From Cladosporium halotolerans (lineage: Eukaryota): DNA of 64,000 nt. The first letter of the stretch is position 1; each line of letters begins with the position of its first letter. The DNA is taken from assembly GCF_011745625.1 (NCBI RefSeq), contig NW_027191462.1:62001-126000 (forward strand). The letters run 5' to 3'. Shown one piece after another: positions 10,611 to 22,564 of this stretch. The notes under the pieces are model-generated. The model saw only the letters and a list, made by a program, of their open reading frames with translations. It had not been told where the DNA came from and ran no database searches. Made by a program: the position numbers and the translations under genes.

Positions 10611-13600
10611 GCTGCTGTTTTTGATTGAAAAAGGGCTGGGAATGAGCTTGTTGAGACGGAGGCGTTGTGGTGTCAACGACAGGTGGTGAGGCTGTCCGAC
10701 TGGCGACAAATATCGACTCGGCGAAAATGTGGTGAGATGGCTCGCGTTGAGAACGTGCGCTGGAGTGCGGATGCGAGGGCTGAGCAAGCAAGGCGGCTAA
10801 GCACAGCTCGGCTGCAAGCGGGGAAGCTGGAAACTGGGTGGTGGTGGTGGTGTGGCGAAGCACGTGGTGGGACGGTATGGGGCGATTCGTGTGGACCTCC
10901 TGCGTGGTGTGTTATGGTCCTCTGGGATTTGTCTAATAACAAATGTGCAATTGAGGGTACTGGGCGATAAGACTTGAGTGCGCAAAGAGGGGAAGGGAAG
11001 AGGCGGATGGGCGGGACAGAGGGAGGTGATAAAAGGCTGGCGGGCAGGGCTCCAGAGCACCGCAGCAGCTGCGCCTTTCTCCGACCGCCCATGCCAGGGA
11101 TTTGCATTTGCGTCTGCATGGGGCAGGCAGGGCAGGTGGTTCGACGGGCGGGCGATGCTGGCGCCCGCAGGCAGGCCACGCTTGCGTCGTTCGCGTGCCG
11201 CTGGCGCCAGACACGGTCCGCCAACCTGCCTACCCGGCCGATGCGCACGATGGGCGATGGGCGATGGGCGTTGCGCTGCGGATCTGCCACGCCCACATCA
11301 CCGCAGGCGATCGGTGGGGGTCGCAGCGCGAGCGGGCGAACGAGAAGCCGAGCTGGTGGCGGAGGGAGGCCCGGGCGGCCCACAAGTCGCTGCCGGAGCC
11401 AGATCGCCCGTGAGATCTCTGACCTTCCAATCCGGGCTAGGCGGGCGCTGCGAGATGCGTGCGATCGAGATCGTGGGTTTGGCAGGAGATCCAGATGCCT
11501 CTGGCGATGCGCGCACCCTTGCCCTGCCCTCCGTGCGCAGCGCTGCCTCCGTGCAGCAGCAGACTCAGCAGCGCTTGCGAAGTAACGCGTCCGCCTGGTG
11601 CAGTCTTCCAGCGTTCGATAGTCCAGACGCTGCCCGTCGTGCGGCTCTCGTCGCGCGAAGGTATGCTCTGCAACGCCAAAGAATGCCGGTGACATCACGC
11701 GGTTCTCACGACAACGTCCGCACGAGCTGTGACAGCGGCTGGCCCAACCTTAGCTCGCGACTACTGCTGGGACGCGCGATCCTTGCGACCGGCCTAACTC
11801 CGCCAGGCCGTGGCGCACAGCGAGATACACAGCAGACAGCCTGCGCCTGGCGCCTCCCGCAATGTCTGTCTCCGCCCAGCCACGTGCCGCTCTGCGCATC
11901 CGTACCCCGTCGCCCGGCTGCCTCTGAGAGGAAAGGGCGTAGCGAGGTGTCGCGACCGGTCCAGGACATGGATTGGGTTTCGCAGCCAGATCTGCATCTG
12001 CATCTCCATCTCTATCTGGTTGCCCACCCTCGATCTGCACAGCTGGCGACAGGCAGGCCGGAGCGAGGTGCGTCGGACAATTCCACTTCACCTCCCAGCG
12101 GCAGCCTGCAGCGCGATGCGCAAGCTCCTCAGCCCAGCACCAAACCCGCCGGCCAGGTCCCAGATCGCCAGTCCACGTCACATCTCAGATTCGCATCGGG
12201 CGTGGAGCGTGCGTGCAAACAGCGGAGAGGGCTGCAGGGCGTGGGTCGTGGCAGAGAATTCCGCGCTGGACGCCGCGCTTGCGAAACGCCCACGCACCCA
12301 CGCCAGCGGACGCTCATCTCTCCGCCCGCACACCGCGGCCAGCGAAGCTCTCCCTCGGCCGATCGTCACGCGGACCGTGCGCGAGCATCTCAGATTGGCT
12401 TTCCCGTGGCGTCTCGCGTATCTGGCGCTAGAGCACAGTCGTCGTAGCGCGAGATGAATCTTTTGTTACCCTTCCAGCTGGGACGCGGCACACGCAAGAT
12501 TGGCGACTCCTCGCGGTACGTACCTGGCCCTCCCTCTGGCGCTGGCCCTCGGAAGCTCGTGCAACCGCTCGCCCAGCGGCGCTAAACGCGGACCGATCTG
12601 CGTCCCCTCGCCCTCCGCAGCGGCTCGTAGATTGCCGGCAACGTGGGTATGCGGTCATATCTGCGCTCTGTCGACGAGCAGATGCGGCAATCCGCATCCT
12701 CGCGCCTGGATCTGCGCCTTCGGTCACGCTGTGCAACGCCAACACTTCCTTCCCGTCACATCCGCGCCCGGCTGGCGCTCCTGCCGCCTTCGCTTTCCGA
12801 CCCACGCCATTGGCAACATGGGTCTCTGGACCCTGCCGCTGATGCTCTGATGAGGGACAATTGCTCAATCCGCGCAGACCCTGTCGTCCATTCAGCAACC
12901 CTGTCCCGTCCGCGTTGCAACCATTGAGCAAAGCGCAAGGGCAGACACTGTACGCTCCTCCCCCCTCCATACGCGATCTCACAACGGCCAATCAATCTCC
13001 TGCTCAGCCGCCTCGACCTCTCCTAAACTCACCCGCCTCACCCGCCTCTAGAAGCGATGTGTTTCACAAGCACCCGGCCCTATCGACACCAACTCATGCG
13101 ATCGTCTGCTCTGCACCCGCCATTTCCGCCGTTGCGCACATGTGACGACAGCCAACCACCCAATTCTTTACAGCCGCAGATGGGGGACGACGGCGCAAAT
13201 GCAATGTGCCAACGGTCGCGTCGTGGGAAATATTCTCCTACCCACGCAACCTCTGCCGTCCCACCTATCTACTAGCCTTGCAGCTCTATAGTGGAGCGAC
13301 CAGAGGAAAGCTGTGGAGCCGCGCCGCGAAGCCTCCTCAGCACTACAACAACACATACACCTTCCGGAGCCGGAGTCTGCTCCTTCGACCGTCATCGTGA
13401 ATCACGAACCGCACTCACGCGCGCATCCGAAATCCCTACCCATGCACAGGGAAGAAAAACCCACCACCACCACGCAGAATTCCCACAAGGGACGGACGGC
13501 CTGCGACACGGGCTGCGCACCGAGTCCGGGCTTCGCTCCGTGGGCAGGTCGGAGCGCGCTCCAGCTTCAGCTCCAGCTCCAGCATCAGCTTCTCGCTTCT

Positions 13601-13638
13601 GAACAATCCTGTACTGTGTACTGGACGGAGGCTGACCC

Positions 13639-14240
13639 CAATGGCTCGATTGGCATCGCATCGCATCGCATCGCATCGAACGGGGATCTCAACCCTTGGA
13701 GCTCCAGATCCGGATCCGGATCGCAAATTCGCGAGAAGGCAATCACCTCTTCGACGAGGAGCCCCGCTCCACCCTCCGGACTGACGCTGCCTGACGCTCA
13801 AATACCGTAACTGCCGCCCTTCTACCGCTCGCGAGCTCCTCCCAGCGACGAACGCAGCACCCCCGGCTCCGGAGCTGAAACCGCGCCCTGCCGCGTCGAG
13901 TTGCGCGAGTACATGGTTCGCAGCTCTCATAACAACGTAACAGCCGCGCAACGGCTCGATTCGCATCTCGTCGGGTATCAGCCCGTGGAGCTCTCCAAAA
14001 CAGATCCAGATTCGCGAGAAAGCAGCACAGTAATGATGCAGGCGGAGAAAAAAAAAATGCCCCGCCTTCTCCATCTCGAGCGACTGACGATGCGTGACGG
14101 CCAAATACCGTCTTCCTTGCGTCGCGAGGATTCTCCCAGCGACGAACGCAGCCCCCCCGGCTCCAGAGCTCAACCCGTGCCCTGCCGCGTTCAATCGCGC
14201 AAGCACATGGTTCGCAGCTCTCATAACAACGTAACAGCTC
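13639..14240. repeat. Diverged tandem duplication, two copies of ~300 bp
   Basis: The 34-mer ACATGGTTCGCAGCTCTCATAACAACGTAACAGC is identical at 13911-13944 and 14205-14238. The blocks GGCTCGATT, ATTCGCGAGAA, GACTGACG, CAAATACCGT, CTCCCAGCGACGAACGCAGC and CCCTGCCGCGT occur in the same order in both copies. Confidence 0.9.
13653..13678. repeat. (GCATC)5 microsatellite inside copy 1 of the duplication
   Basis: gcatcgcatcgcatcgcatcgcatcg. Copy 2 has only one unit. Confidence 0.85.
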
Positions 14241-15341
14241 CTCAACATCCGCTAGAGACAATAATCACGCATTATTGAGCTCAGCTCAACTCAGCCCTTC
14301 CGCATCCGCAACTGCCGCTCTTCTTGACTTGATGACAGCCGCGCGTGCGACGACGGGCCACGCCTGCCTGAGCACGGCAGATACGATAGCTAGCACGGCA
14401 GCCATCATCCAAGCGACCTCCTCACAAGCAGCAAGCAGCGGCAGGCATGCGAAGCGACCGCAGCCGCGCGCGGGCGATACAGAGGTGCTCCAACCATCTG
14501 CCCGAGCCATCTAGCCGACGTGCGCAAAGAACCCTTCCAGATCCCGATGGCGCTCAGCCCTCATCTCAGATACAATCTCTCCTACACGCCTAACTCACCC
14601 TCCCTCGTCTCCGTCGCTTATCGCTCTGCCCTGCGTCGGGAGCTTTAATAATTTCTCCCTTTCTCGATCTCAATGGCGAGGGCAAACCCTCCGACCGACC
14701 GACGGGTTAGGCGCGACGCAGGGATTCCTCGCAGCCGCGTAGGCGCCGAGTCCGATGTGGATTCTTCTCACGCGTGTGCGCGTGGGGATTTGAGATAGAA
14801 AGTGTTCCTCGGGGGACAGGAGCGGCTGGGGGACGGCAGGCAGGGCTCATTGGGTTCGTATAATTTCTGCTGGGATTGTTCGTTCGGGCGAGGTCTTGCC
14901 CTGCGTGAGGGATATTCTGGAGGGGTCGGCATTTTCGATTCTGCTGCGGTGCGCGGTGAGGAATGGCCGCATGGATGGATCAATGCCTGCGTTGCCCAAC
15001 TGTCGAGGGGAGAGACAGAGGCGAGGACGAATGGTCTCGAGCTGGAGAGCTGGACGGAGGAGGTGGCTTCCCTTCTCCCTTCTCCCTTTCCGTCGCGTTG
15101 TCGTTCTGGGCCGAATGCTAAAGTAGTGCCGAGCTCACGCTCGAGCGGCCTTGCTTTCCTGTGTGCCTTGTGGTGATTGTGTGCAGTGCAGTGCAAGGTT
15201 TGTGAGGTCTGTATTTTGGCGATGCTTCACAGGCGTCAGGGGCCAGCCACTGGGCGAATATCTATCACAAAGGTGAGTTGACTCTCGGTTCTCTCGACGC
15301 ATAACGTTAAGCGGTCCCGCTGCATGTGCAAGAGCGAGTTG

Positions 15342-15365
15342 TTTTTTTTTTTTTTTTTTTTTTTT
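15342..15365. repeat. Poly-T tract
   Basis: A run of 24 T downstream of the apsB-like gene. Confidence 0.9.
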
Positions 15366-15590
15366 CGTAATTCTGAAACGAGCGGAGGCAAAATGCAAGG
15401 AAATAGATCTGTTGTATCTTCGTTCGTATTCGTTACACTCCCGGCGGATTTGTCGCCCGCCTCACCTGAGAGACCAAAGAAAAAGTACCCATATCTAAGG
15501 CAACAAAAGGAAGGCGTCTTGCCAAACCAAACAGTTCCACTCACGCTCTCAAGCGCCCTATCAATACAGACCCACCCTCCCTCACGACTC

Positions 15591-18500
15591 TCACAGCTCC
15601 TCATCCTCATCCTCCACAACAGCAGCCCCGTCATCCCCCCTCCTCTCCCTCTCCAACATCGCCCTCAGTTCCTCGTTCTCCGCCCTCCCCTCCTCAAGCC
15701 TCTGCCTCGCACCCCTCCGATCCATCAACCGCGCCTCGCGCTCCGCCTTCAGCCTCTTCTCCATCTCCTTCAGCCTGTGGATCCACCTCAGCTCGCTCGG
15801 CTGCGACGCCGTCTGGTCGAGCGCGATGCTCTGGCTCTGCCCCTGCAGGCCCGTCGCTTCGGAGACGGCCTGCGCGGCCTGCGCGATGTGCTGGTCGGCC
15901 GCCGAGGGCGCGGGCGGGTGCGGGTGCTCGACGACGGCGGAGGAGGAGTGGTGGCGCAGCAGGGTGTGCATGATTGTGCGGGCGGGCGAGGGCGGTTTGC
16001 CGCCCGTGCTGGCGCTGCCGGAGGACAGCGTGCGGGCGTGGAAGGGGGAGCCGTGGGACTGCGACTGCGCGTGGATGAGCTGCTGGGCCATGGCGCTGGG
16101 GTGCTGGCGGTGGAATTTGAGCTCGGCCTTGAGGAGTTTCGTCTCGTTCTTGAGCTTGGCGATTTCCTCGGAGCTCTTGACGTTCTTCGTGCTGACGGAG
16201 CGGGAGGGCTGGGGCCGCTGGGCGGCCGCGGCGGCCTCTTCGGCCTGGCGGGCCTGGGAGTCGCGGAGAGCGCGCTCGAGGTGGTCGAGGCGGCGGACGC
16301 GGAGGTCGAGGTTCTGCTCGAGGACCTTGAAGTCCTTTTTGAGGTCCTTTTCGACGCCGCGGATGCGCTGCTTGAAGTCGCCGATGAGCCCTTCGATTTT
16401 CTTGACGGCGGCGAGGATGTTCTTGTTGAAGCTCTGCAGGCTGCGGCCGATGACTTCGACGGAGGGCACTTCGCCGTTGACGAGGCTGTTCGCGTGCAGC
16501 CAGTCGGAGCCGCAGAGGGTGGACAGCCGGTTCCAGAGGGCGAGCAGCAGCGCGTTGCGGTCGGACAGCTGATCGCGGTACTGTTGCTCCAGAGCGGCCA
16601 TCTTGCGCTTGTCCTGGCTGTAGAAAGTCTCGAGCTCCAGGACTCGCGACTCGTGCTGGGCAATCGTCCGCATTGTCGTGGCCTTGCCGCGCGACTCCTT
16701 CTCGAAGAGCTCCAGGTCGTGCTTCCTGGCCGTCCGCTCCTTGTCGAGGAGGTCTGACAGACGCCTGCTTTCCAAGCTGGTGCTCTCCAGCAGACCGTCA
16801 CGGTGCCTGAGCAGACGATCCTTGTCCGCGACATCCATCTTGGCGCGATCGAGGTAGTTGGCAGTCTGCTCGAGATCGCGCTGTAGCTTCTCAATCTCTG
16901 CGAGCATGCTCTGCTTCGTGCCATTGACATCGCCAAGCACAGACCGCAGGCTCTGCTCGAGCTCCTCGAGCCTCTGCTTCCAGGAGCTAGCTTCGACCTC
17001 CTTAGCCGACAGCGCACGCCTGAGCTTCCTCACCTCATCCTTCGTCTTGCCACCTTCGGTATTCAGATCATCAAGCACCTTCTGCACCTCCTCCTTCGAC
17101 TGATTTTCCAAGACATCGCGCTGGTGGCGCTCCTGGACGATCTCCTCCTCCAGCTCGCGCAGCTTCTCCTGCTCGTCCTGGATATTCTGGTGCGCAGCGT
17201 TGATCGCATCCTCGAGCTCGCCGATCTTAATCTTATCGCCCTCCTGCTCCTCGCGCAAGAAGGTGATCTCCGAGTGCAAGCTCTCCTGCGTGATCTCCAG
17301 CTTGCGATTCTTCCCGTCCAGCTCTTTGCACTTCTCCTCCCACTTCTGCAGCTCGTCCTCCGTCTCCGCCAGCTGCTGCTCGAGCGTCTCGATCGTGCGC
17401 ACGTTGGCCTGCTTCTCGTCCTCAAGGTTCATCACACTCTGCGTGATCTCGCGCAGCCCCCCTTGCAAGCCCTTGTAGCCGTCGGCCGTGTGGTCGAGCT
17501 TCGTCTGCGTCTTCTGCGCACGCTTGAGCGCGTTCTGCAGCTGCGTCGAGATGCTGTCGACCTCCTTCTCGAGCTTCTCGATCTCCGCGACGGCCTCCTG
17601 CTCGAGGCGCTCGTACTCGGCCTGCAGCTCTTCCGCGGACTGCAGGGCGTCGTCGCGCTCGACGACGACGGCTTTGAGATCCTCGGTCGTGTCGTTGAGG
17701 TCGTTCTCCATTTCTTGGAAGTCGCCCTCGAGCGCCGTGACGTACTGCAGGTGGGTGTTGTGCGTTCGCTCGAGCTCTTGGTATTTCAGCCTGAGCTCAG
17801 CGTTCTGGTCTCGAAGTTGGCCCTCCTTCCTGTCCCAGTCGTCGCGCTCGGCGTCGGTGACACCGGTATTGTCGCTGACGCGAGACGGCGCGCGCTGGTG
17901 AGCCCGAGAGATCGAACGCTCGAAGATACTCTCGCCGGCAACAGAGCGGGCGCCACCATCGCTCTTGCGTTGCAGAAGCTTCAGGTCTTCGATCTCCTGC
18001 TGAAGCCTCTCGCGTTCCCGGTTTCGTGAAGTCAGCATGCTCGTCTGAGCACCCAAATCACGACGGAGCTCCGCGTTCTCGTGCCTCAGATTCTCGACCA
18101 GAGTATGGCTAGAATCAGTGCCCGTAACGCCATTCGGATACGCCGACTCATCATCGCCGCTCTGCGGAACACTCAACCTACTGTTCCGACTCGGTCGCTT
18201 CTCCAAGCGATGAGCCGAAGGAGAAGCACGATCAATCCGCAGCGCCGTCAGCTCCTCCCTAAGCTTACGAACATCCTCCTCGGCCTGCTCTCGCCTGCCT
18301 GTCTCAGCGTTGAGCAAGTCCTGCCACATCTCCATCGTTTCGCGGACGCCCGAGTTGTCCTCCGCGCGGTGGCCCGCCATGCTGCGCATGTGCTCCGCCA
18401 TCTTGCGCTTCTCCAGCTTCTCCGTCAGGATCTCCTCGCGCATCGTCGTGACCTGGTTCTCGGAGTAGTCGAGCTGCTGGCGCAGGTAGAGGATCTCCTC

Positions 18501-20189
18501 GTGCATCTCCGCCTGCAGCGTCGGGTCGTCCTCCTCAACCTCCTCGTCGCGCGACCTCTCTTTGGCCTTCTGCGCCTCTTCGAGCCCCTGCTCGAGCTCC
18601 TTGGACTTCCGCTCCAGCTCCCTGATCTTGCGGCGCATGGACTGCGACTCGCGCCTCTCGTTCGCGAGGTCCGTCTGCAGCTGCACGTTCTTGTCGATGA
18701 GCTCCTGCACGCCCTCGTCCGAGTGGCTGCGCAGCGCCTGGTCCAGGAAGTGGATCTTCAGCTTCAGGTCGAAGTTCTCCTTCGTGAGCTTGTCGATCTT
18801 GCCGTTCTGCTCTTTGAGCGTCAGCGTCCTGCGCGGCCGGTCGCCGCCCATCGAGGCAGAGACCAACGGCCCATCGGAAGACACAGGCCGGCGATCCGCC
18901 AGCGCAGGGTGGCGCGCGCGGAAATCCCTGGCCACGGTCTCAGGCACGCGGATGTTCTCGACGCGCTGCGCGAGGACCGTGTCCGTCGGCGCGTCGTTGC
19001 GAGCGGTCGACGGACGGGGCGTCTTAGGCTCCTCATCTTCTTCGAAGCGTGTCGACAGTCTCTGGGGGTTCGTGTTGCTGCCGGACAGGCGGCCCATGGT
19101 TGGGAAGCTGTCTGCGTCTCGGCTGCTCATGTACGACGCTTCGCTGCCCATGCTGGGCAGCCGGTTCAGGAAGTCTCCGGTGCGGATCTTATTCCCACTG
19201 TGTGAGTTGCTGCCCGGCCTCGCGCCGCCGGTTTGTAAAGCGAAGTCGGCACCGACGGTGTTGTCGCTGCCCGAGAAGTCTGAGGACATTGTCCCCGTCG
19301 ATCGTGATGATCTCTGACTAATTTGCCGGCTGCTGAGGAAGGCCGGGCGAAGCTTTCGTGGAGAAATAGCTTGTGATCCAGCTAATGAAGACGCCGTGCG
19401 GGAGGAAGGTAAGGGCACATCATGTGCCGGTGGTGTCATTTCATCCTGGCCATTGGACACCTGCGAGCTCGATCTTTCACGACCCGGTGTTCCTGGCCGG
19501 GAGCTGGTGGACAAGTCCGAAACCGACTGCACGAACGGCTGGTTACTGCTACCGGCCTGTGTCCTCGAAGCCCGATTATCGTTCCGTGTGCTCGTCCGCT
19601 GCGAAGCCGCTTCAGCAGGAGACATGAAGCTATCCCCGCTCTCCTGCTGCGTACTGTTGTCCTCAAAACTCTCCTGCCCAGCCCTTGACCCAGGCGTCTG
19701 CGGCTCGTAGTCGTGTGAATCCCGGTATTCCTCCTCTCCTTCTCCCTCACCCCTCGAACCACCCGACGTAGCATCCTTCTCAGCCTCCCTCCCCGACCTC
19801 CCCAGCTCAACATACGTATCGTCTAACCCCAAACTCTCCCCACCCGTCTGCACCGGCGCCGGCGCCTCCGGCAAAAAACTCGACTCCACATCCATCAAGT
19901 GCCTCCGCATCTCCTTCTCATCCACGCTGTGCCCCTCATCGCTGCGCAGCGACACCTCGCCGGGCTCGTCCGACTTCTCGTCGAAATAACCGTGCTCGTC
20001 GACCGGCAGGGCCGGCAATTGGTGGTCGGGCTGGTTGAAAGACTCCAGCGCCGCGCCCTCGTCGTAGCTCCGCAGGCTCGAGAGGTCGGTCGCGCTGCTC
20101 TCGTCGACGCTGGCGCGGTTGCTGCGCACCTGCAGCTTGCGCGGCTTGCGGCGCGCCGGGCTGCTTTGGTTGTCTGAGTCGGTGTTCAT
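15591..20189 (-). CDS. apsB: Gamma-tubulin complex receptor ApsB/Mto1 (centrosomin CM1 family), 1532 aa
   Basis: CM1 motif LTLKEQNGKIDKLTKENFDLKLKIHFL, long coiled coils, and a C-terminal MASC-like motif RWIHRLKEMEKRLKAEREARLMDRRGARQRL. Single exon. Confidence 0.88.
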   Translation of the reverse strand: MNTDSDNQSSPARRKPRKLQVRSNRASVDESSATDLSSLRSYDEGAALESFNQPDHQLPALPVDEHGYFDEKSDEPGEVSLRSDEGHSVDEKEMRRHLMDVESSFLPEAPAPVQTGGESLGLDDTYVELGRSGREAEKDATSGGSRGEGEGEEEYRDSHDYEPQTPGSRAGQESFEDNSTQQESGDSFMSPAEAASQRTSTRNDNRASRTQAGSSNQPFVQSVSDLSTSSRPGTPGRERSSSQVSNGQDEMTPPAHDVPLPSSRTASSLAGSQAISPRKLRPAFLSSRQISQRSSRSTGTMSSDFSGSDNTVGADFALQTGGARPGSNSHSGNKIRTGDFLNRLPSMGSEASYMSSRDADSFPTMGRLSGSNTNPQRLSTRFEEDEEPKTPRPSTARNDAPTDTVLAQRVENIRVPETVARDFRARHPALADRRPVSSDGPLVSASMGGDRPRRTLTLKEQNGKIDKLTKENFDLKLKIHFLDQALRSHSDEGVQELIDKNVQLQTDLANERRESQSMRRKIRELERKSKELEQGLEEAQKAKERSRDEEVEEDDPTLQAEMHEEILYLRQQLDYSENQVTTMREEILTEKLEKRKMAEHMRSMAGHRAEDNSGVRETMEMWQDLLNAETGRREQAEEDVRKLREELTALRIDRASPSAHRLEKRPSRNSRLSVPQSGDDESAYPNGVTGTDSSHTLVENLRHENAELRRDLGAQTSMLTSRNRERERLQQEIEDLKLLQRKSDGGARSVAGESIFERSISRAHQRAPSRVSDNTGVTDAERDDWDRKEGQLRDQNAELRLKYQELERTHNTHLQYVTALEGDFQEMENDLNDTTEDLKAVVVERDDALQSAEELQAEYERLEQEAVAEIEKLEKEVDSISTQLQNALKRAQKTQTKLDHTADGYKGLQGGLREITQSVMNLEDEKQANVRTIETLEQQLAETEDELQKWEEKCKELDGKNRKLEITQESLHSEITFLREEQEGDKIKIGELEDAINAAHQNIQDEQEKLRELEEEIVQERHQRDVLENQSKEEVQKVLDDLNTEGGKTKDEVRKLRRALSAKEVEASSWKQRLEELEQSLRSVLGDVNGTKQSMLAEIEKLQRDLEQTANYLDRAKMDVADKDRLLRHRDGLLESTSLESRRLSDLLDKERTARKHDLELFEKESRGKATTMRTIAQHESRVLELETFYSQDKRKMAALEQQYRDQLSDRNALLLALWNRLSTLCGSDWLHANSLVNGEVPSVEVIGRSLQSFNKNILAAVKKIEGLIGDFKQRIRGVEKDLKKDFKVLEQNLDLRVRRLDHLERALRDSQARQAEEAAAAAQRPQPSRSVSTKNVKSSEEIAKLKNETKLLKAELKFHRQHPSAMAQQLIHAQSQSHGSPFHARTLSSGSASTGGKPPSPARTIMHTLLRHHSSSAVVEHPHPPAPSAADQHIAQAAQAVSEATGLQGQSQSIALDQTASQPSELRWIHRLKEMEKRLKAEREARLMDRRGARQRLEEGRAENEELRAMLERERRGDDGAAVVEDEDEEL

Positions 20190-21169
20190 GGTGTTGTGTT
20201 TCGTCGAGTGAGGGCTGCTGACTGGCCTAGGCGCGGCCGCGCAGCATTGTTGGGTCGGTCGGTTTGCTGGCGCGGGGGGAGCGTGGCGGATGACGCAAGG
20301 GACAGGGAGTGCGTGCGTGCGTGCGTGCGCTTTGCGGAGGGCGTTGTGGTGTTTGGACGATTGCTAGAGGAGGGGGCTACGGTGGTAGTTTGTGGACTGT
20401 CGCGCGGTGCTTGACTCGCTGGGCTGGGGGGGTTGGCTGCGAGCGGCGCTGCTGCCGATCTCATGGTGGAGGGAGCGCGTCGGGAGCGCGTCGTCGAGGG
20501 TTCAGCGCGGGCCAGGGCGCGCCGCGTGATGCGGGCTGACCAGCCACGAACCGAGACCTGCAGTGCGTTCGGTGAAGGTTGGGCTAACGGTGCTGCGGGC
20601 GTGAGCACGCTATGCGTTGCATTACTCGGTTAGTGAAATATCAGAGCATGTGATATTGGTGATGGAATGCCGGACGATGCCATATTACACTCTATCAGCT
20701 CTAGGGTCACAGGACGGTGTTGAGTCGAACACTTCACCTGTCACTGCATCAGCCATCAAAGAGAACGATCAGAGAGAACAAATCTTGTTCCAGCGTAACG
20801 ATCAAGGCTATGCACATCTATTGCCGACTCCAACCCGTCTCGTCAGATTCCCTTCGACAACATCACACCAGTCGGGCGGGAGAGCAAAAGTCTCCCCCTA
20901 TCATCTCTCGCGAGTCCGCCACACTGTCGTCCATCGGCGGACGCAGCCAAAAAGAAACTCGCGCCGCAACGCCGTAATGCACCCGCGATCTCAATCAAGC
21001 AGGCGACAAACCAAATCGTCGGTGTACCCCTTCAGCGTCCCCGCCGCGCGCAGAAGTCATCTTAGCAAAAGCTTCCTCTCACTCGACCGCCACGTCAAAA
21101 ACACATGCCTAACCAACCCCTCTGCGCCGTCCGATCTTGCTCTTCATCTTTCATCTATTGTTTGAAAGC

Positions 21170-22564
21170 TTAAATAGCACCATACTCAGTCGGCGGCTGC
21201 AGCTTGAAGTTGTCCTCATGCAGTCCCTTCATCGCCGCCAGACCCTCCTCGGTCAGCACGGGCTGACCCTTAGGCTCTACCGCACCAGTGAAGAAGCGCG
21301 GCTTCCACTCTTTACCTTGCGCCTTGCGCTCAGCCGCGCGCTCGCGCTGGCGCTCCTCGAGCTGCGTCTTGAGCTCCGTTGCCTTGCTGAACTGCTTGTT
21401 CTGGATGGCCTCGGTGACGTCGTTCCAGAAGCGGCGCGACTCGTTGGGCAGCTGGTCCTCGGGCGGCGGGCACAGCTTCGTGGCGGGGAAGAGCGGCGAG
21501 ACGTCGATGAGCAGCACGCGGTCCTTCTCGTCCGTCTTCTTGAACTCCTTGGCGCCGTACGAGAAGTAGACCTTGTCCTGCCAGCAGCCGTCGATGCGGC
21601 CGAGGATGTCCTTCTCGGGCACGTCCTTGATGCGGGTGATGGTGTCTTTCTCCACGTCCGTCTTGTACACGACGCCCTCGACTTTGTTCTGCGTCTTGCC
21701 GAAGTAGCCCTCTTCCAGGTAGTGCAGGATGACTTTGAGGCCGGTGCGCTTGCACGTCACGAAGCAGGTGTCGGCGACGGTGACGTAGAGGTTGCCGCGA
21801 AGGAAACCGGAGAGGTAGGCGGCGGGGTGTGTGAGACGGTAGGTCTCGTCGTCGTGGCGGTGTAGGCGGACGTAGATGCCCTCGTTGTGCTGTCCGGGGA
21901 CGACGCGGACAGAGGTGCCGGTGAATTTGGCAGAGAGCTGGTCGAAGCCCTGTGCGGAAATGCCCTTGTCGGGGCAGTCGACGTAGTAGGCGCTGACGGG
22001 CGGGTGGTGCGAGGTCTGCTCGGTCAGGTAGGACACCTTGACCTTCTTGTTCTTGGTGGTCTCGCCATCTGGAGCAGCGGGGGTCTGCTGGAGATTGGGC
22101 TTGTCCTCCTCGCCTCTCAAGCTCGGCTTGTCATCCTCAACCTCCCAATTGCAGCGGAAGAACTCGCCGAGTGTGCTGTTGTAGGGCTTGCAAGGCTTGC
22201 CCTTGACGTACTTCAAATCCTTCGTGAACCAAAACCTCAAGCATCCCAGCATGCGTCCCAGATCATCCTTGCTGTCGCCAATCGCGATGAAGGTCTCTGG
22301 CCTGTCGAGGTAGTGCCAGTACTCTAGGTTGGGAATCGGCTCAAGGAGCTGAGCGGGGAGCGAAAAGCGGACAGCCGCAATATCCGTGACGCCGATGAAA
22401 CGCTTGAGGATGGAGAGGAAGGTCTTCAGCTTGGAACCATCGTCCGGGGTCTTGCCATCTTTCGCGACGTCTTTAGGGTCGTCTTTGTACGGGGCGGGGG
22501 TGCCGGTGCGCGAGGAGGAGGTGGAAGCCGGTGTGGACTGGGCGGGGGTTGAGGGCGCGCTCAT
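21170..22564 (-). CDS. Oxysterol-binding protein-like lipid transfer protein (short, ORD-only)
   Basis: KPYNSTLGEFF and the EQTSHHPPVSA fingerprint, plus ESRRFW..VT and K..LEERQR. Confidence 0.92.
   Translation of the reverse strand: MSAPSTPAQSTPASTSSSRTGTPAPYKDDPKDVAKDGKTPDDGSKLKTFLSILKRFIGVTDIAAVRFSLPAQLLEPIPNLEYWHYLDRPETFIAIGDSKDDLGRMLGCLRFWFTKDLKYVKGKPCKPYNSTLGEFFRCNWEVEDDKPSLRGEEDKPNLQQTPAAPDGETTKNKKVKVSYLTEQTSHHPPVSAYYVDCPDKGISAQGFDQLSAKFTGTSVRVVPGQHNEGIYVRLHRHDDETYRLTHPAAYLSGFLRGNLYVTVADTCFVTCKRTGLKVILHYLEEGYFGKTQNKVEGVVYKTDVEKDTITRIKDVPEKDILGRIDGCWQDKVYFSYGAKEFKKTDEKDRVLLIDVSPLFPATKLCPPPEDQLPNESRRFWNDVTEAIQNKQFSKATELKTQLEERQRERAAERKAQGKEWKPRFFTGAVEPKGQPVLTEEGLAAMKGLHEDNFKLQPPTEYGAI

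Noticed and set aside
10673..12995. Long overlapping ORFs (up to 489 aa) in the gene-free region
   Set aside because: Arg/Ala/Pro-rich translations on both strands with no codon bias, as expected by chance in GC-rich non-coding DNA.
15324..19317. Long antisense ORFs over apsB (also over FKS1, GEL and DppV)
   Set aside because: Shadow frames caused by the strong GC3 codon bias of the real genes.
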